From the NCBI RefSeq assembly GCF_947568905.1, contig NC_079169.1:36456001-36520000 (forward strand): a stretch of 64,000 nucleotides of DNA. Direction: 5' to 3'. A program made the translations under genes and the position numbers. The DNA comes from Ostrea edulis (taxonomy: Eukaryota). Below are positions 1 to 10,967 of this stretch, piece after piece; the first letter of the stretch is position 1; the number at the start of each line of letters is the position of its first letter. Below the pieces are notes generated by a model, which had not been told where the DNA came from, did not search any database, and saw nothing but the letters and a program-made list of their open reading frames with translations.

Positions 1-630
1 AACCATTCATACAATTTTAGATAATATACAAATACAGCGGAAGTACCAAGACCTAGAACAACCAGGTACGGGATTAAATCTTTCAAATATGAGGCAGCAA
101 AGCTCTGGAACTCTTTGCCAAACGAAGCAAGAAATATTACATCATATAATCTATTCTCAAATTATATTCAAAATTGGTGTGGGGAATTAAATTGTAAATG
201 CAGCTCATGCAGATTCCAGCCTCTCCTGCCTAAATCTTAAAGTTTTGATCTAACTTCTAACTATGCTTCTAAGCTGGCATGTACAAATTTAACTGTATTA
301 TTTTTACTCTGCTCTGTCTCTTAGATATGCATATTTATTTAGTCTATGTATATATCCATATTTTTATGTTTGTGTTGCAAACTGTTTTCAGTGCTGTGCA
401 TCTTAATATAGCTAGTCCCTGTGTATATATATGCATGACTTGTGATGTCTGCATACATGTATGCGTCCTGTTTTATTTCAAATTTCTGTTTTTATGTCTA
501 TGCATGCAATTTATATATCATTAAAGCTTTGTGTTTTTTTATGCTATATAGTCGGTTAAAGAGCTCTTAGCTCATGTTTATTGTTACCTGTATATAGTTC
601 TGACTTTAAATAAAAATTACTTACTTATCA
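1..630 (+). mobile_element. 3' end of a decayed CR1/L2-group LINE (ORF2 C-terminus, 3' UTR, short tandem tail)
   Basis: Frame 1 reads NHSYNFR*YTNTAEVPRPRTTRYGIKSFKYEAAKLWNSLPNEARNITSYNLFSNYIQNWCGELNCKCSSCR..., ending TAA at 238-240. This resembles the Y.FR...P..RT..YG..SF.Y.A.KLWN.LP C-terminus of L2/CR1-type ORF2 proteins. AATAAA and a (CTTA)n-like tail occur near 608-626. One in-frame stop. Confidence 0.7.
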
Positions 631-750
631 AAAATCAATGTACAGAAAGTCTGATTAAAATACAAGACATTTATTGGCATTCATGCAGAAAGATCGCCAT
701 CTTCATCATGCGCATCACAACTAAATTCAGCTTACCAACATTACATGTTT

Positions 751-1950
751 AACAAGAGCTCCACAGGGCGGGGCATATCCCCTCGCAAAGACTGTCTGTA
801 AGATTTTTCTACTAAGTTTCACAATGATTTTGACCTTTTCACAAAAAAATCAATAGGGCTCTTTCTCTCTTGATAAGAACAAGAGCCCCATGAGCCACAT
901 CGCTCACCTTGGACTATATTTACAGATTTTCCCTATATATTCGCATTTAAAACTTTGAACCCTATTGTGGCCCCAAACTACCCCCATGGGCCATGCATTT
1001 TACAAACTTGAATCTGCACTATCTCAGAAAGCTTTCATGTAAATGTAACCTTCTCTGGCCCAATGGTTCTTGAGAAGAAGATTTTTAATGATTATCTCTA
1101 TATTTTTGTATGTAACACTTTTATCCCCTATTGTGGCCCCACCCTACCCCTGGGGGCCATGATTTTAACAAACTTGAATCTGCACTGTCATGAAGCTATC
1201 ATGTAAATGTTAACTTTTTTGGCCCAATGGTTCTTGAGAAAGATTTTTTAAGATTTTCCCTAAATATATGTATGTAAAACTTTTATCCCCTATTGTGGCC
1301 CCATCCTACCCCCGGAGTTCATGATTTTAACAAATTTGAATCTGTACTATGTCAGGAAGTTTTCATGTAAAATTCTACGCCGGGAGGGGTGTCATGGTTT
1401 TAACAAACTTGAATCTACACAATGTCAGGAAGCTTTCATGTTAATTTCAGCTCTTCTGGTCCAGTGGTTCTTGAAAAGATAATTTTTTAATGACCCTACC
1501 CTATTTTTCATTTTTGTGATTATCTACGCTTTGAAGGAAGCATGGCCCTTCATTTGAACAATCTTGAAAGCCCTTCACCCAAGGATGCTTTTTGCCAAAT
1601 ATGGTTGAAATTAGCCCAGTGGTTCTGGAGAAGTCGAAAATGTAAAATGTTTACAGACAGACAGACAGACAACAGATGATCAGAAAAACTGACTTGAAAA
1701 CTGTACGTGAAGTATCAAATGAATCAAGCAAAAACTGTGGCTTGTAGAGTGTCTACAAGTTTTTTTAAATGAAGTCCTGTATTGACTTTGACCCTAAAAT
1801 CAGTAGGGTTCTTCCTCTCTTGATAACAAAGTTAAACAGTAAGTATCAATCAATTGACCAAAAACTGTGGCCTACAGAGTGTCTAAAAGCTCGGCATTAA
1901 ACACACTCACAAATGGTCCCATTACTGTATCCCCTCTCACAAGGGAATAA
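751..1950. mobile_element. Non-autonomous Helentron/HINE-like element (outer), interrupted by a second element
   Basis: Begins AACAAGAG. Has internal repeats (ttgacc...aatcaatagggctct...ctcttgataa at ~830-876 and ~1790-1826; aaaactgtggc...agagtgtcta at ~1732 and ~1861). Ends near cattactgtatcccctctcacaaggg. Boundaries approximate. Confidence 0.5.
878..1700. mobile_element. HINE-type element with ~165-bp Cg170/HindIII-like satellite monomers
   Basis: AACAAGAG...CACATCGCTCACCT start, 3-4 copies of ccctattgtggcccc...aaacttgaatctgcact...tggttcttgagaa, then an (ACAG)n tract. It is the reverse-complement relative of the 33725-35467 copy. Confidence 0.8.
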
Positions 1951-2015
1951 TAGGGTCCAATTACAATGAAGTGAAGAGCTAAGAGTGAATGAGAAATTTA
2001 TGAATTGCTACTAAC

Positions 2016-2130
2016 TGCCCCCTCCTGATGCTGTTTTTTCCTGACAATCATCCAGTACTTTGGGAAATGCATCAAGCTCTGTCACTACCTTAATGGCCTG
2101 CTTCCTATTTGCCACATTTAGTCGTCTCAT
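2016..2130 (-). CDS. ERGIC2: ER-Golgi intermediate compartment protein 2, first coding exon (gene continues toward or beyond the window start)
   Basis: MRRLNVANRKQAIKVVTELDAFPKVLDDCQEKTASGGG matches the ERGIC2 N-terminus (MRRLN...ELDAFPKV...TSASGG). Acceptor TTTCAG at 2179-2174, exon starts 2173, ATG at 2130, candidate donor A|GTTAGT after 2016 (phase 1). No downstream exon was recognised in 1-2015. Confidence 0.88.
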
Positions 2131-2644
2131 GTTTGTTTCAAGTTTCAAGTCAGCTTCAAGGTTACCATTACATCTGAAATTATATTGTGACATATTTCAA
2201 GGTTAAAAGGAATACCAACCTACTTCAAATTTTTTTTAAAACTGTGCATGTATTAACCCAAATTTGGTTGTTGTGACAATTTATTACTTCATTCAAAATA
2301 ACCACACTTCACTTGTTTTGCATTAATAATCAGTTTATTTTTTCATGTAAAATATGTGGTTATGATCTGTAACAGATTTTCATGTGATTTCTCAATACAT
2401 ATCATCGTGATGATAGCATGAAAACTATAATTTTAAAATGGGCCCCTGAGTCCTGTTACATTCTTCATTGTGTACATCTAATAATTCACACCAAAATCAG
2501 TATTCCAATGAAAAAAAAAAAGGATCTTCAAAGTAAAGATTTTAAAAAATTGTCAATTACGATCTTACTTTTCTTATATAACTGGATGCATGGTTTTCTG
2601 TCATCACTGCATAACCTATCTCAAGATAAACAAATCCAACGAAT

Positions 2645-3418
2645 CAGGGTTTGACACTAAGGCACGTCCGACCGACTCAGTCTACTAAATGATAGGTCCG
2701 GTCGGGTAAAATGTAGATTTACTAGTCCGACTGGTCGTGTTGAAAATATAAACAAGAAACTTTACTTTAAACTATAACATATTTTATTCTTAACTGAAAA
2801 AAGAATAACTGTAGAGTTTGCGAGCCGCATGATGACACAATCTCTATTTTTAGTTCTATAATAAATAAGTCGCGGTCGAAAGTGATGTTTTATGACATAT
2901 ACTCGATGTTCATATGTGTAAAGTTATGTTTTTGACGAATTTATTTTCATTTTAAAAAAACCCAATTTATTTGAATCAAATATAAGAAAGTGTTTATCAA
3001 ATTAATAAATTACGTCGCAAACAGCCATTTTTCGGTGTTGACATATGTGCGGGAATGTTTCTATATTCAAATACGACTTCTCGTCCTGAAGAAAAGATGT
3101 CCCAAGAGAAAAAAAGTAAAAGGTTGGGAAGAAACAAAGCAGGGCTTATGAAATAGAGATTTAAAAATCGGTTGAGGTCAAAATGAGAGAGCATTAAATT
3201 GAAAGACAAGACTAAAGCTCTTTTTTTGAGACAATTAAGTACGTTTTCGTTCATGCAAACTTAATGTTTGACATTTGAATTAAGTACATTTAAATATGGA
3301 GAAATTATCAGTTTCTGGAAAGTTGGTCGAGGCTAGTGGATTTAAGGTCAGGTCTAGCAAAAATCGTTTGCAGTAGCCCGACTGGTCTAGTGCTCAGAAA
3401 AGTAAATGTCAAACCCTG
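2645..3418. mobile_element. MITE with CAGGG termini and 5-bp TSD (hAT-like)
   Basis: Perfect 12-bp TIR CAGGGTTTGACA / TGTCAAACCCTG. CGAAT on both flanks (2640-2644, 3419-3423). Subterminal gtccgac/gactggtc motifs. Confidence 0.8.
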
Positions 3419-3734
3419 CGAATCATACAACTGACCACAATGAGCAGCGAAATCTTAGGGTTGTGAAACTGTATACGATTGCTTTACCTACAGCACAGAA
3501 GGACTTTTTTTTTTTAAAATGTTCACTATTATTTTAGTTGGTATACTTTCTTACACTGTGTGAGTTTGATTGAATATTGCTAGAATTCACAATCTGCAGC
3601 TTTCTTGCAAATAAATGGGCCCTTCTATTTTGGGCAACATGGCAATCTATTTTAAAAGGTCCCTGTACAATCTCTAGTATATAATTGGTCGGGAGTTTTA
3701 TATCTTTCTTTTTGATCACCGGTGGCTTAACCCA

Positions 3735-3803
3735 GCTATATAGCTCAGTTGGTTGAGCACCTGACTACAGATTCAGGGGGTCCTGGTTAAAATCCTGGTC
3801 TGA
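3735..3803 (+). mobile_element. tRNA-derived sequence (SINE head or tRNA pseudogene)
   Basis: A-box TAGCTCAGTTGG, arm ctgactacagattcagg, degenerate B-box GGTTAAAATCC. Acceptor stem does not pair well. Confidence 0.6.
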
Positions 3804-4037
3804 TTTGTTGCTTTTCTCCCTCCCTGTTACACAGCTATATAACCCACTGACAATATAAGATTGTACTGGAGCTGTAACTCAGTTGTTAGCAAAGACAACT
3901 ATCATGTACATACAATCTGATTAAATTATGTACTAAACTATGTCTGTGGATCAAAGGATCACTATTTAATTCAGATTGATGTATATACATACAAAATGAA
4001 AAACCTGTAATATAGGAATTTAAGAAGAAATCTTATA

Positions 4038-4108
4038 GCTGGAGGAGGAATCGAACCCAGGACCCCTGCATTACTAGTCAGGTGCTCTAATCACTGAGCT
4101 AGCCATGT
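4038..4108 (-). mobile_element. tRNA-derived SINE head (AGT at the anticodon position)
   Basis: Minus strand GGCTAGCTCAGTGATTAGAGCACCTGACTAGTAATGCAGGGGTCCTGGGTTCGATTCCTCCTCCAGC carries A and B boxes. Stems are imperfect, so it is not called a functional tRNA. Confidence 0.6.
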
Positions 4109-4546
4109 CGATATCCATAGTCCATATAGCCTAACTACTACAAAGCTATAACAGGCTGAACAGTGTTAATATCACCTCGGTGCCTGGTCACTGGCCAGGT
4201 GCTCTAATTCATACTAGACCTTTAACATGTACAGTCTGAGACTTGACTGATCAATATCCATGGTCCACTAGTATTCTACTATATTTTTTAACCTTGTAGT
4301 AGAGAATGTGTAGGCTATAATAATGTTTTGGACAACCAACTAGGCTATACGGGAATTTATAAAGAGCTTAATTAAGAAGAGTTAACAAATATTCCTGATG
4401 GCATCACTGTTTCAACTTGAATTTCCTCGGAAGTATTTAGAATATTACGGCTATCTACGTAAAAATGTCGTTTAATTCTCTCATATAAATATAAAATAAA
4501 GTATCTATAGTGCTTACTTTCCTATAGCAATATACTGTCGACTCAC

Positions 4547-4880
4547 AAATTCCTGTAATTAGCAGTGTAACCTAACTAAGAAGAAGAAAATTATCCTACC
4601 GTCGACAGCGGAAGTACACGTTACATTTAGTTTCGTATTTTAAACCCACTAAAAGAGAGACCCAACAATTATATTTTATTAATGATTGTAATTACTATTG
4701 CTCTTTTATTGGGATAACATGTGAAAATATTTCCAAAGCAAACCAGACTGGGTATCCACCGAATCCACCGGTGCGTGTCTGCCAGGATCGTGTTTTACAC
4801 AACCCAATCTATTAGCAGCAATGGAATGAAGGCGTGGACCTAATATCATGTTGTCATGTCAAAATCTGAGAAGGTTTGTT
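4547..4880. promoter_or_regulatory. Candidate bidirectional promoter and non-coding first exons of ERGIC2 (-) and TMEM117 (+)
   Basis: Locally higher GC. ETS/GABP-type CGGAAGT at 4609-4615. Minus-strand donor GTGAGT at 4546-4541 and plus-strand AG|GTTTGT near 4874. Lies between two divergent genes. Inference only. Confidence 0.4.
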
Positions 4881-5021
4881 CTCTTTGATTGATAAATGTA
4901 GAGAGGAAATTCAATGTAGTGGAAATCTTAGACAAAAATAGGGACTTTGGTTACATTAGAATAAGATGCTGCGGTAGGCCCATAAGTTACATATAAGTTA
5001 AATATAGGCCTACAGTCTGAT

Positions 5022-5130
5022 CACAGGGGCTCGTCACGAAATTTTTGTCTTAATAAAATTTGACATCGTCTATTCTATATTTACATGTAAATATAGAATA
5101 GAGAGGGTCAATTCGTGACGAGCCCCTGTG
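5022..5130. mobile_element. 109-bp mini-MITE
   Basis: 19-bp perfect TIR CACAGGGGCTCGTCACGAA / TTCGTGACGAGCCCCTGTG. GTCTGAT direct repeat on both flanks. Internal 30-bp perfect palindrome at 5071-5100. Confidence 0.75.
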
Positions 5131-6534
5131 GTCTGATTGACCAAGGAGGCAATGCAATTCAAGGAACATTTAATATGATTATAAGAGATATACATACAAC
5201 ATATAAGATTGGTCGTTTTCAATAATATATGTATGCACCCTACATTATTATTAAACATTATTCACCCTATATCAAGTTTATATCTAGGCCTATTGCTGAG
5301 CAAAATTAATCTGACAGTTCACTATAAATACTTAATGTTACTATGGGAGAGGGTAATATGTGCATGCCAGTCTTTAAATCAGAGTACTCTTCAGCTGCTG
5401 GGTGTAAATTCTTGAGACTTGATATCAACCCTATCGTAATAGTAATTACCTGAATCCATCTAGAAATCCGGAAACCAGTAACGTGCAATTAAGTACAATA
5501 ATGACATGTTTAATTCAGTTGATTAGCCAGATGATCAGTTTTTTATTGAGCATTTTGAGAACCCCTATGGATGAAAAATAACGCTCCCTTCTTTTGAAAA
5601 CAACTCTCCGTTGAGGATGGAACATTGAAGGATTAGTTATAATACAATTTTGTTTGTCACAATGTAGGATCAAGGATTCTAATACTGTGCACTATACCAG
5701 GATATAGGTGATATGTATGATAAATAGTAAATAACAGGAACAATAGATATCTTGCATGTTTGGACTATGTGAATATATATATATATATTTACATTCGTGC
5801 CACATTTCCCCCTTAACATTTTTACTGAAACTGAAACTTTTAACGGTAATATCTATATTCATAAACTTTCAACTTTTGAAATAGGTTAATCACTGAATAT
5901 GAATACATTTGAGTTAATCTATTAATATGTATTTCAAACAAAGTGTAGGAATTTATTCTATGAATGCAATTATAATTATTAGAATATAACTAAATATTAA
6001 AGAAATGTCTTTCAGAGTTTTGATTTAAAAGTATATGAGATGATAATATTACCTCTAGGCTATGAATAATTTATGATGAATATGATTTATTTATTCCAAG
6101 TTAGGGTCCTCTTGGGCATAATTTTCACACTATGTTTGCAAATTGTGTCTCTTTCAGTGCTAAGACAGTGGATATGAGAATGATCATAAAAATGAATCAT
6201 GAATTGTCCATTGTTTTATGAAAGCAATTTTAAATGCATGTACTACTCAATAGTTACAAGGATATAACTTTTATTTTTGTGATTTTTAATATTTAATTTA
6301 ATGACATGTAAGTTTAAGGAATTTGTATTATGTAACATGGATATATTGGTATAATATCATGATATATGTCATTTAGAATTTATTTGTACATATATGTAAT
6401 TCTTTTACACGTACTACAAAGAAGCATTATCCTACTGATCTATATGATTATCAGTTTTCATTTGTCTATGCTAAGGGTTCATTTATGTACTGTCTTTTTA
6501 CAATTTATAATCTATAAGAATGAAGATGCATTAC

Positions 6535-6815
6535 ATCACAAGATTTTTACCATTCTTTATATAGGCCACAGGAAGCATTATTTTACAAAGATTTTTACCA
6601 TTCTTTATATAGGCCACAGGAAGCATTAATTTACAAAGGTTTTTACCATTCTTTATATAGGCCACAGGAAGCATTAATTTTCAAAGGTTTTTACCATTCT
6701 TTATAAAGGCCACAGGAAGCATTAATTTACAAAGGTTTTTACCATTCTTTAATCTTTATGTAGGCCACAGGAGCATTATGTACAAGTTTTTACCATTCTT
6801 TATGTAGGCCACAGA
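6535..6815. repeat. ~48-bp minisatellite, about 6 copies
   Basis: Unit cacaggaagcattaatttacaaaggtttttaccattctttatataggc. Confidence 0.9.
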
Positions 6816-7047
6816 GAGATTTGTGAAGTGTTAGGTAAGATATATGTAAGCATTATTTCAAATATATTATATGAGAGCATGCAGTGACACATATACATGT
6901 AGAATAAGCTTGTTTCTTTATAAGGGTTTGGATACTAGATGTAAGATGATACTATTGAATAGCATTATATATCAGACCTCTTGCTGTTGCTTCGTGTTAG
7001 AATTTCTGTAGGTATGCAGGGTTGGAAATTACTGCTCATCCGACCAC

Positions 7048-7219
7048 CTAAGATGCAGGTCTATTTCTCAGGAGGGATGACATTTCTTTGATAGCCGGAC
7101 ACCTAGCTAAGATGCAGGTCTATTTCTGAGGAGAGATGACATTTCTTTGATAGCCGGACACCTAGCTATGATGCAGGTCTATTTCTCAGGAGGGATGACA
7201 TTTCTTTGATAGCCGGACA
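7048..7219. repeat. 59-bp tandem repeat, about 3 copies
   Basis: Unit ctaagatgcaggtctatttctcaggagggatgacatttctttgatagccggacacctag; starts at 7048 and 7107. Confidence 0.9.
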
Positions 7220-9192
7220 AGGCTTATTCTAACAGTCAGTGTACAACCACAAATGTCACAAATAAACTATTATAGTCAATTTCAAATGATAAACATCACA
7301 AGACTTGCAGATTTTGAACAGTGTCAGCAACATTTTGGTGTAGCCAGCCCTGTGACTGGCTCATGATGACATTGAGTTTCCAACCCTGCAGTATGGTCTG
7401 CATATCACATGGTACAATTGTTTATCATACTAACATGTAACACAGGTAGAGTAAGTTTTATTTTCTGCATGTATATATTGTGAAATTATTTGTATAAAAT
7501 ATGTTATTTTAGTATCCTGCATGTTCTTCAGTTCTAATTTGAGAATCTTGAATAGCATTGATTGATTGACAGTTCATAATTATAGTACATGCATTTTGTA
7601 CGTATTGAAATTCTAATTAGTCTGAATATTTCTTACTTGATTTATCAGAGAGCAATAATTTCACATTATAATTATTTGATTATTGGGAGTACATATGTAA
7701 CACCAGGGTGCATGTATGTGATTGAGTTTGGTCACAGTGACACACTTACACTTATTATGCCATGTTACAGAGAGATCAGGTATTCTTGTATTAAAATAGA
7801 TCTAGTAAGATTACATTTAAAACAATAGAAATTTTCTGCTACTTCAGCAACAAAATTATTCCAAAATGCTCTAGGTAGTTTTAGCTTACCTGAGCTAAAG
7901 GTTGGGCTTTTTTGATCAACTATCGTCTGTTATATGTTAGTTCATCTGTTTAGCATAAACTTTCATAATTTTAGCTACTTCTCAGGAGCCAGTCTTGGCC
8001 AATATTAACCAAACCTATTTGACACGTACAACTTGAAGCATTTTTACAATTTGTTCAAATTTAAAGAAGGACATGCCCCTTCCAAGATGATTAAAACATA
8101 GTGAAAATAAAACACTGTAGAATGGGGTAACCATATTTAAAAATTTTCTTCTCTTGAAACACCGAACCAGTAAAATCGTTACTAGCATAAAAGCAAAAGC
8201 GGTCTTTTAAGTTTTAAAGATTCATGTTTGTACAAACCATCTCTGGAGCCAAAGTGAGGCTACAGCAGGAGTTCAAAGTTTTATTTAGGTATAAATAAAG
8301 CTCTGTTTTAGAATTGGCTTATTTTGATAGTTTCTGATTGTGGCAAGTAAAAATTTTAAGTCAGCTCTTATGTATTACAGAAAGTTGTATGTGTGTACAT
8401 TATTAAGTTATTGTAGCAAAAAGTGGGTGAAAAATCTTTGGAACAGTCGCTATCAAATCAAGTACCCTTGCATTACGAGTTAATTTATCTAATCATTAAG
8501 CTAATCAAGTCTATATACGAGGTACAGTGACATAACATATTACTACTACATTATAAAATGTAAATCTATTTCGGAAATAGATGAAAAATGATTTTAGAAA
8601 AAATTGGTAGAAACATCACGAATGAACTGAAGAACCAAAAAATCTTTAACTTGCTCTGTTGAATAAAACTTGTTTATATCGTTGAGATTTAGGTTTTTCT
8701 AATGACATATATGACTCCCAGGTCCAGGGTGGGTTTACACTAGGAATATATTGGAAAATCAATAAAAAAAATTAAGAGCCACAGCCTGGCCCAGTACAAT
8801 GTGTCAAATTAATATTCAAGTATTGTCATTGACAATTTATGTAATGTGATAGTCAAGTTCAGACCATGATAACCCTACCCCCACCCCCACACCCCCCCAC
8901 ACACTTGTCCACAACAGGGCTTTAAAATCTTATATGGGAAGATTCAAAATATTCTTAAAATCAGTTGAACTTTAAATTGGTATCTCGAACAACGATATCT
9001 TGAAATCCCAACTACTTGTTCTTTTTAAAAGTATTTTACCCTCAATATCTCGAATCCCCAGATATTTTTCTTGGTCCAATCGAGTTTGAGATAATGAGGT
9101 TTAAATTAATTAATTGACTGTATTCTTCTCGTGAACTACAAGATTACAAAACTTCAAATTGATATGCAAGCATTCTCATGTAGTTTAGTGTA

Positions 9193-9364
9193 AGTGTACT
9201 GTAGTCACAGTTAAAAGTGTACTGTAGTCACAGTTAAAAGTGTACTGTAGTCACAGTTAAAAGTTTACTGTAGTCACAGTTAAAAGTGTACTGTAGTCAC
9301 AGTTAAAAGTTTACTGTAGTCACAGTTAAAAGTTTACTGTAGTCACAGTTAAAAGTTTACTGTA
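9193..9364. repeat. 23-bp minisatellite, about 7 copies
   Basis: Unit tgtactgtagtcacagttaaaag. Confidence 0.92.
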
Positions 9365-9918
9365 TCTTTTCTATTATCATGACATAATGTACGTATTATA
9401 CTTATTGTTTTCTACATACACTGTATTAATTATTATTATTATTATTATTAATTTTCTAAAGATGTAATGACATATGTATTTATTATTATTATTATTAATT
9501 TTCTGTAGATGTAATGACGTCTATTTTATGCCTGCATGATTATAATTGGTTTTGTACTACAGCATATACAAAATTGATGGCAATGTACTATAATGCAGTG
9601 TAAAACATTTAGAGGACTATGCATTTAGATAGACCAAGGTGTTCTTCTCAGGTTTAGCATGCTGCCAGTGCTTCCTTTCGTTTCCTCATGACATCCGTAT
9701 TGTTGAGGAGGAATAACACACCAGAGAAATCTAATGGATGGAAAGTGGAGGATATGTACAATAGTATTTTAAAATTGAAATTTTTTGTAATAACCTTATT
9801 TTAAAAATACAGTTTTAGTAGAAGATTAAAGTCCCAGCTAGACTTGAACCAATATAATCTGCAGGTCAGCAGTTGACACGTTAACCAACTGAGACACCCA
9901 GTTATAGGCGTTGGTAGT

Positions 9919-10201
9919 TAGATTTAGTAATTGCTCTAGTCCGAAATATCTGACGTTTTCCTGACTTTTTTTATGATTTTGATATTTACCGTGCCAGGAA
10001 AACGTCAGAACCGGCACCATTACGTAAACTGGAAATTCGCCGCCTCCAGCTGGAGGCGGCATGCTCGGGCTCGGGCTGATTTTAAATACTTCCGAGCCGA
10101 ATTTAATGTTAAACTCATAATTAATCAATAAAACAATATCAAAATCATAAAAAAATCCAGGAAAATGTCAGATATTTCGGATTAGTATTGCTCATATCTA
10201 T
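9919..10201. mobile_element. MITE with ~50-bp imperfect TIRs and a central GC palindrome
   Basis: tagtccgaaatatctgacgttttcctgactttttt...gatatt pairs with aatatcaaaatcataaaaaaatccaggaaaatgtcagatatttcggattag. 22-bp perfect palindrome GCCGCCTCCAGCTGGAGGCGGC at 10039-10060. Confidence 0.7.
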
Positions 10202-10304
10202 TTTCATAAGGAAGGCGGCCATTATGTTGCTGTGTTATTCCTCCTTAAATTACTTATAACAAACAAAATCAATGTCTTTCAAGTGTGGATTTCAATTTAT
10301 TTAG

Positions 10305-10652
10305 CAGGACTTGAAGCTAATTTTTTATTTCACCAGTCCAGACGGACTGATGGGGTATAATTTCAACCAGTCCGCAGAAAAATTTAACAGTCCAACAGTT
10401 TTCCAGAAATAAGTTAATGTTATTAAAAAGAAATTTAACTCAATATGCCTTAGACAAGTGGGATCTATATTTACGAATCAGATTCGTCTGATATCTACAG
10501 ATCGAAGCATGTCAATTCCATAAGTATATTTTCCAAAATTATGCTTTAGAAAATTAACCAGTCCCATCGGACTGACTAAAACAAATGTCAGTCAGTCCGC
10601 CAGACTTTTAACCAGTTACAGACTGACGGGCATATGTTAATTTCGAGCCCTG
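10305..10652. mobile_element. MITE with CAGG termini and 5-bp TSD (hAT-like)
   Basis: CAGGACTTGAA / TTCGAGCCCTG termini. TTTAG on both flanks (10300-10304, 10653-10657). Repeated accagtc/gactga motifs inside. Confidence 0.75.
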
Positions 10653-10840
10653 TTTAGTATAAGCCTTTCATATGAAGACAACATAATACAATAGCAATTT
10701 TGCAGCTGAACCTTCTCATATTCTTAAATGCTCTACATATTATTTTACATTTGTTGTTGCATAATTTTAACAAATTTAAAGAAGATATCATCAAAGATAT
10801 CATCAAATCACAAAAAGCGTGTGTGTTTTTTTTTGTTCAG

Positions 10841-10967
10841 AACCAAGAGCTACCACCAACCAAATCCAAAAGGATTAAGGTGTTGGTGATGGAGGAGGGT
10901 GCAGACAAAGAGAGTATCAACAGTGAAGACAATCTAATACAGACTTCTCGGCAGGAAAACCCAACAG
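10841..10967 (+). CDS. Candidate upstream TMEM117 exon (possible start ATG at 10889)
   Basis: Strong acceptor (T-run then GTTCAG at 10835-10840). Open frame NQELPPTKSKRIKVLVMEEGADKESINSEDNLIQTSRQENPT, donor AG|GTACAT. The phase-1 end joins in frame to the acceptor at 14983 (G|AA GAA AAT ATG). Confidence 0.55.

Noticed and set aside
2131-2193. ORF-track ATG at 2193 as the ERGIC2 start
   Set aside because: It lies upstream of the acceptor at 2174 (intronic). Homology begins at MRRLN (2130).
3735-4108. Functional tRNA genes
   Set aside because: Acceptor and T stems pair poorly, and the two share a SINE-like consensus.
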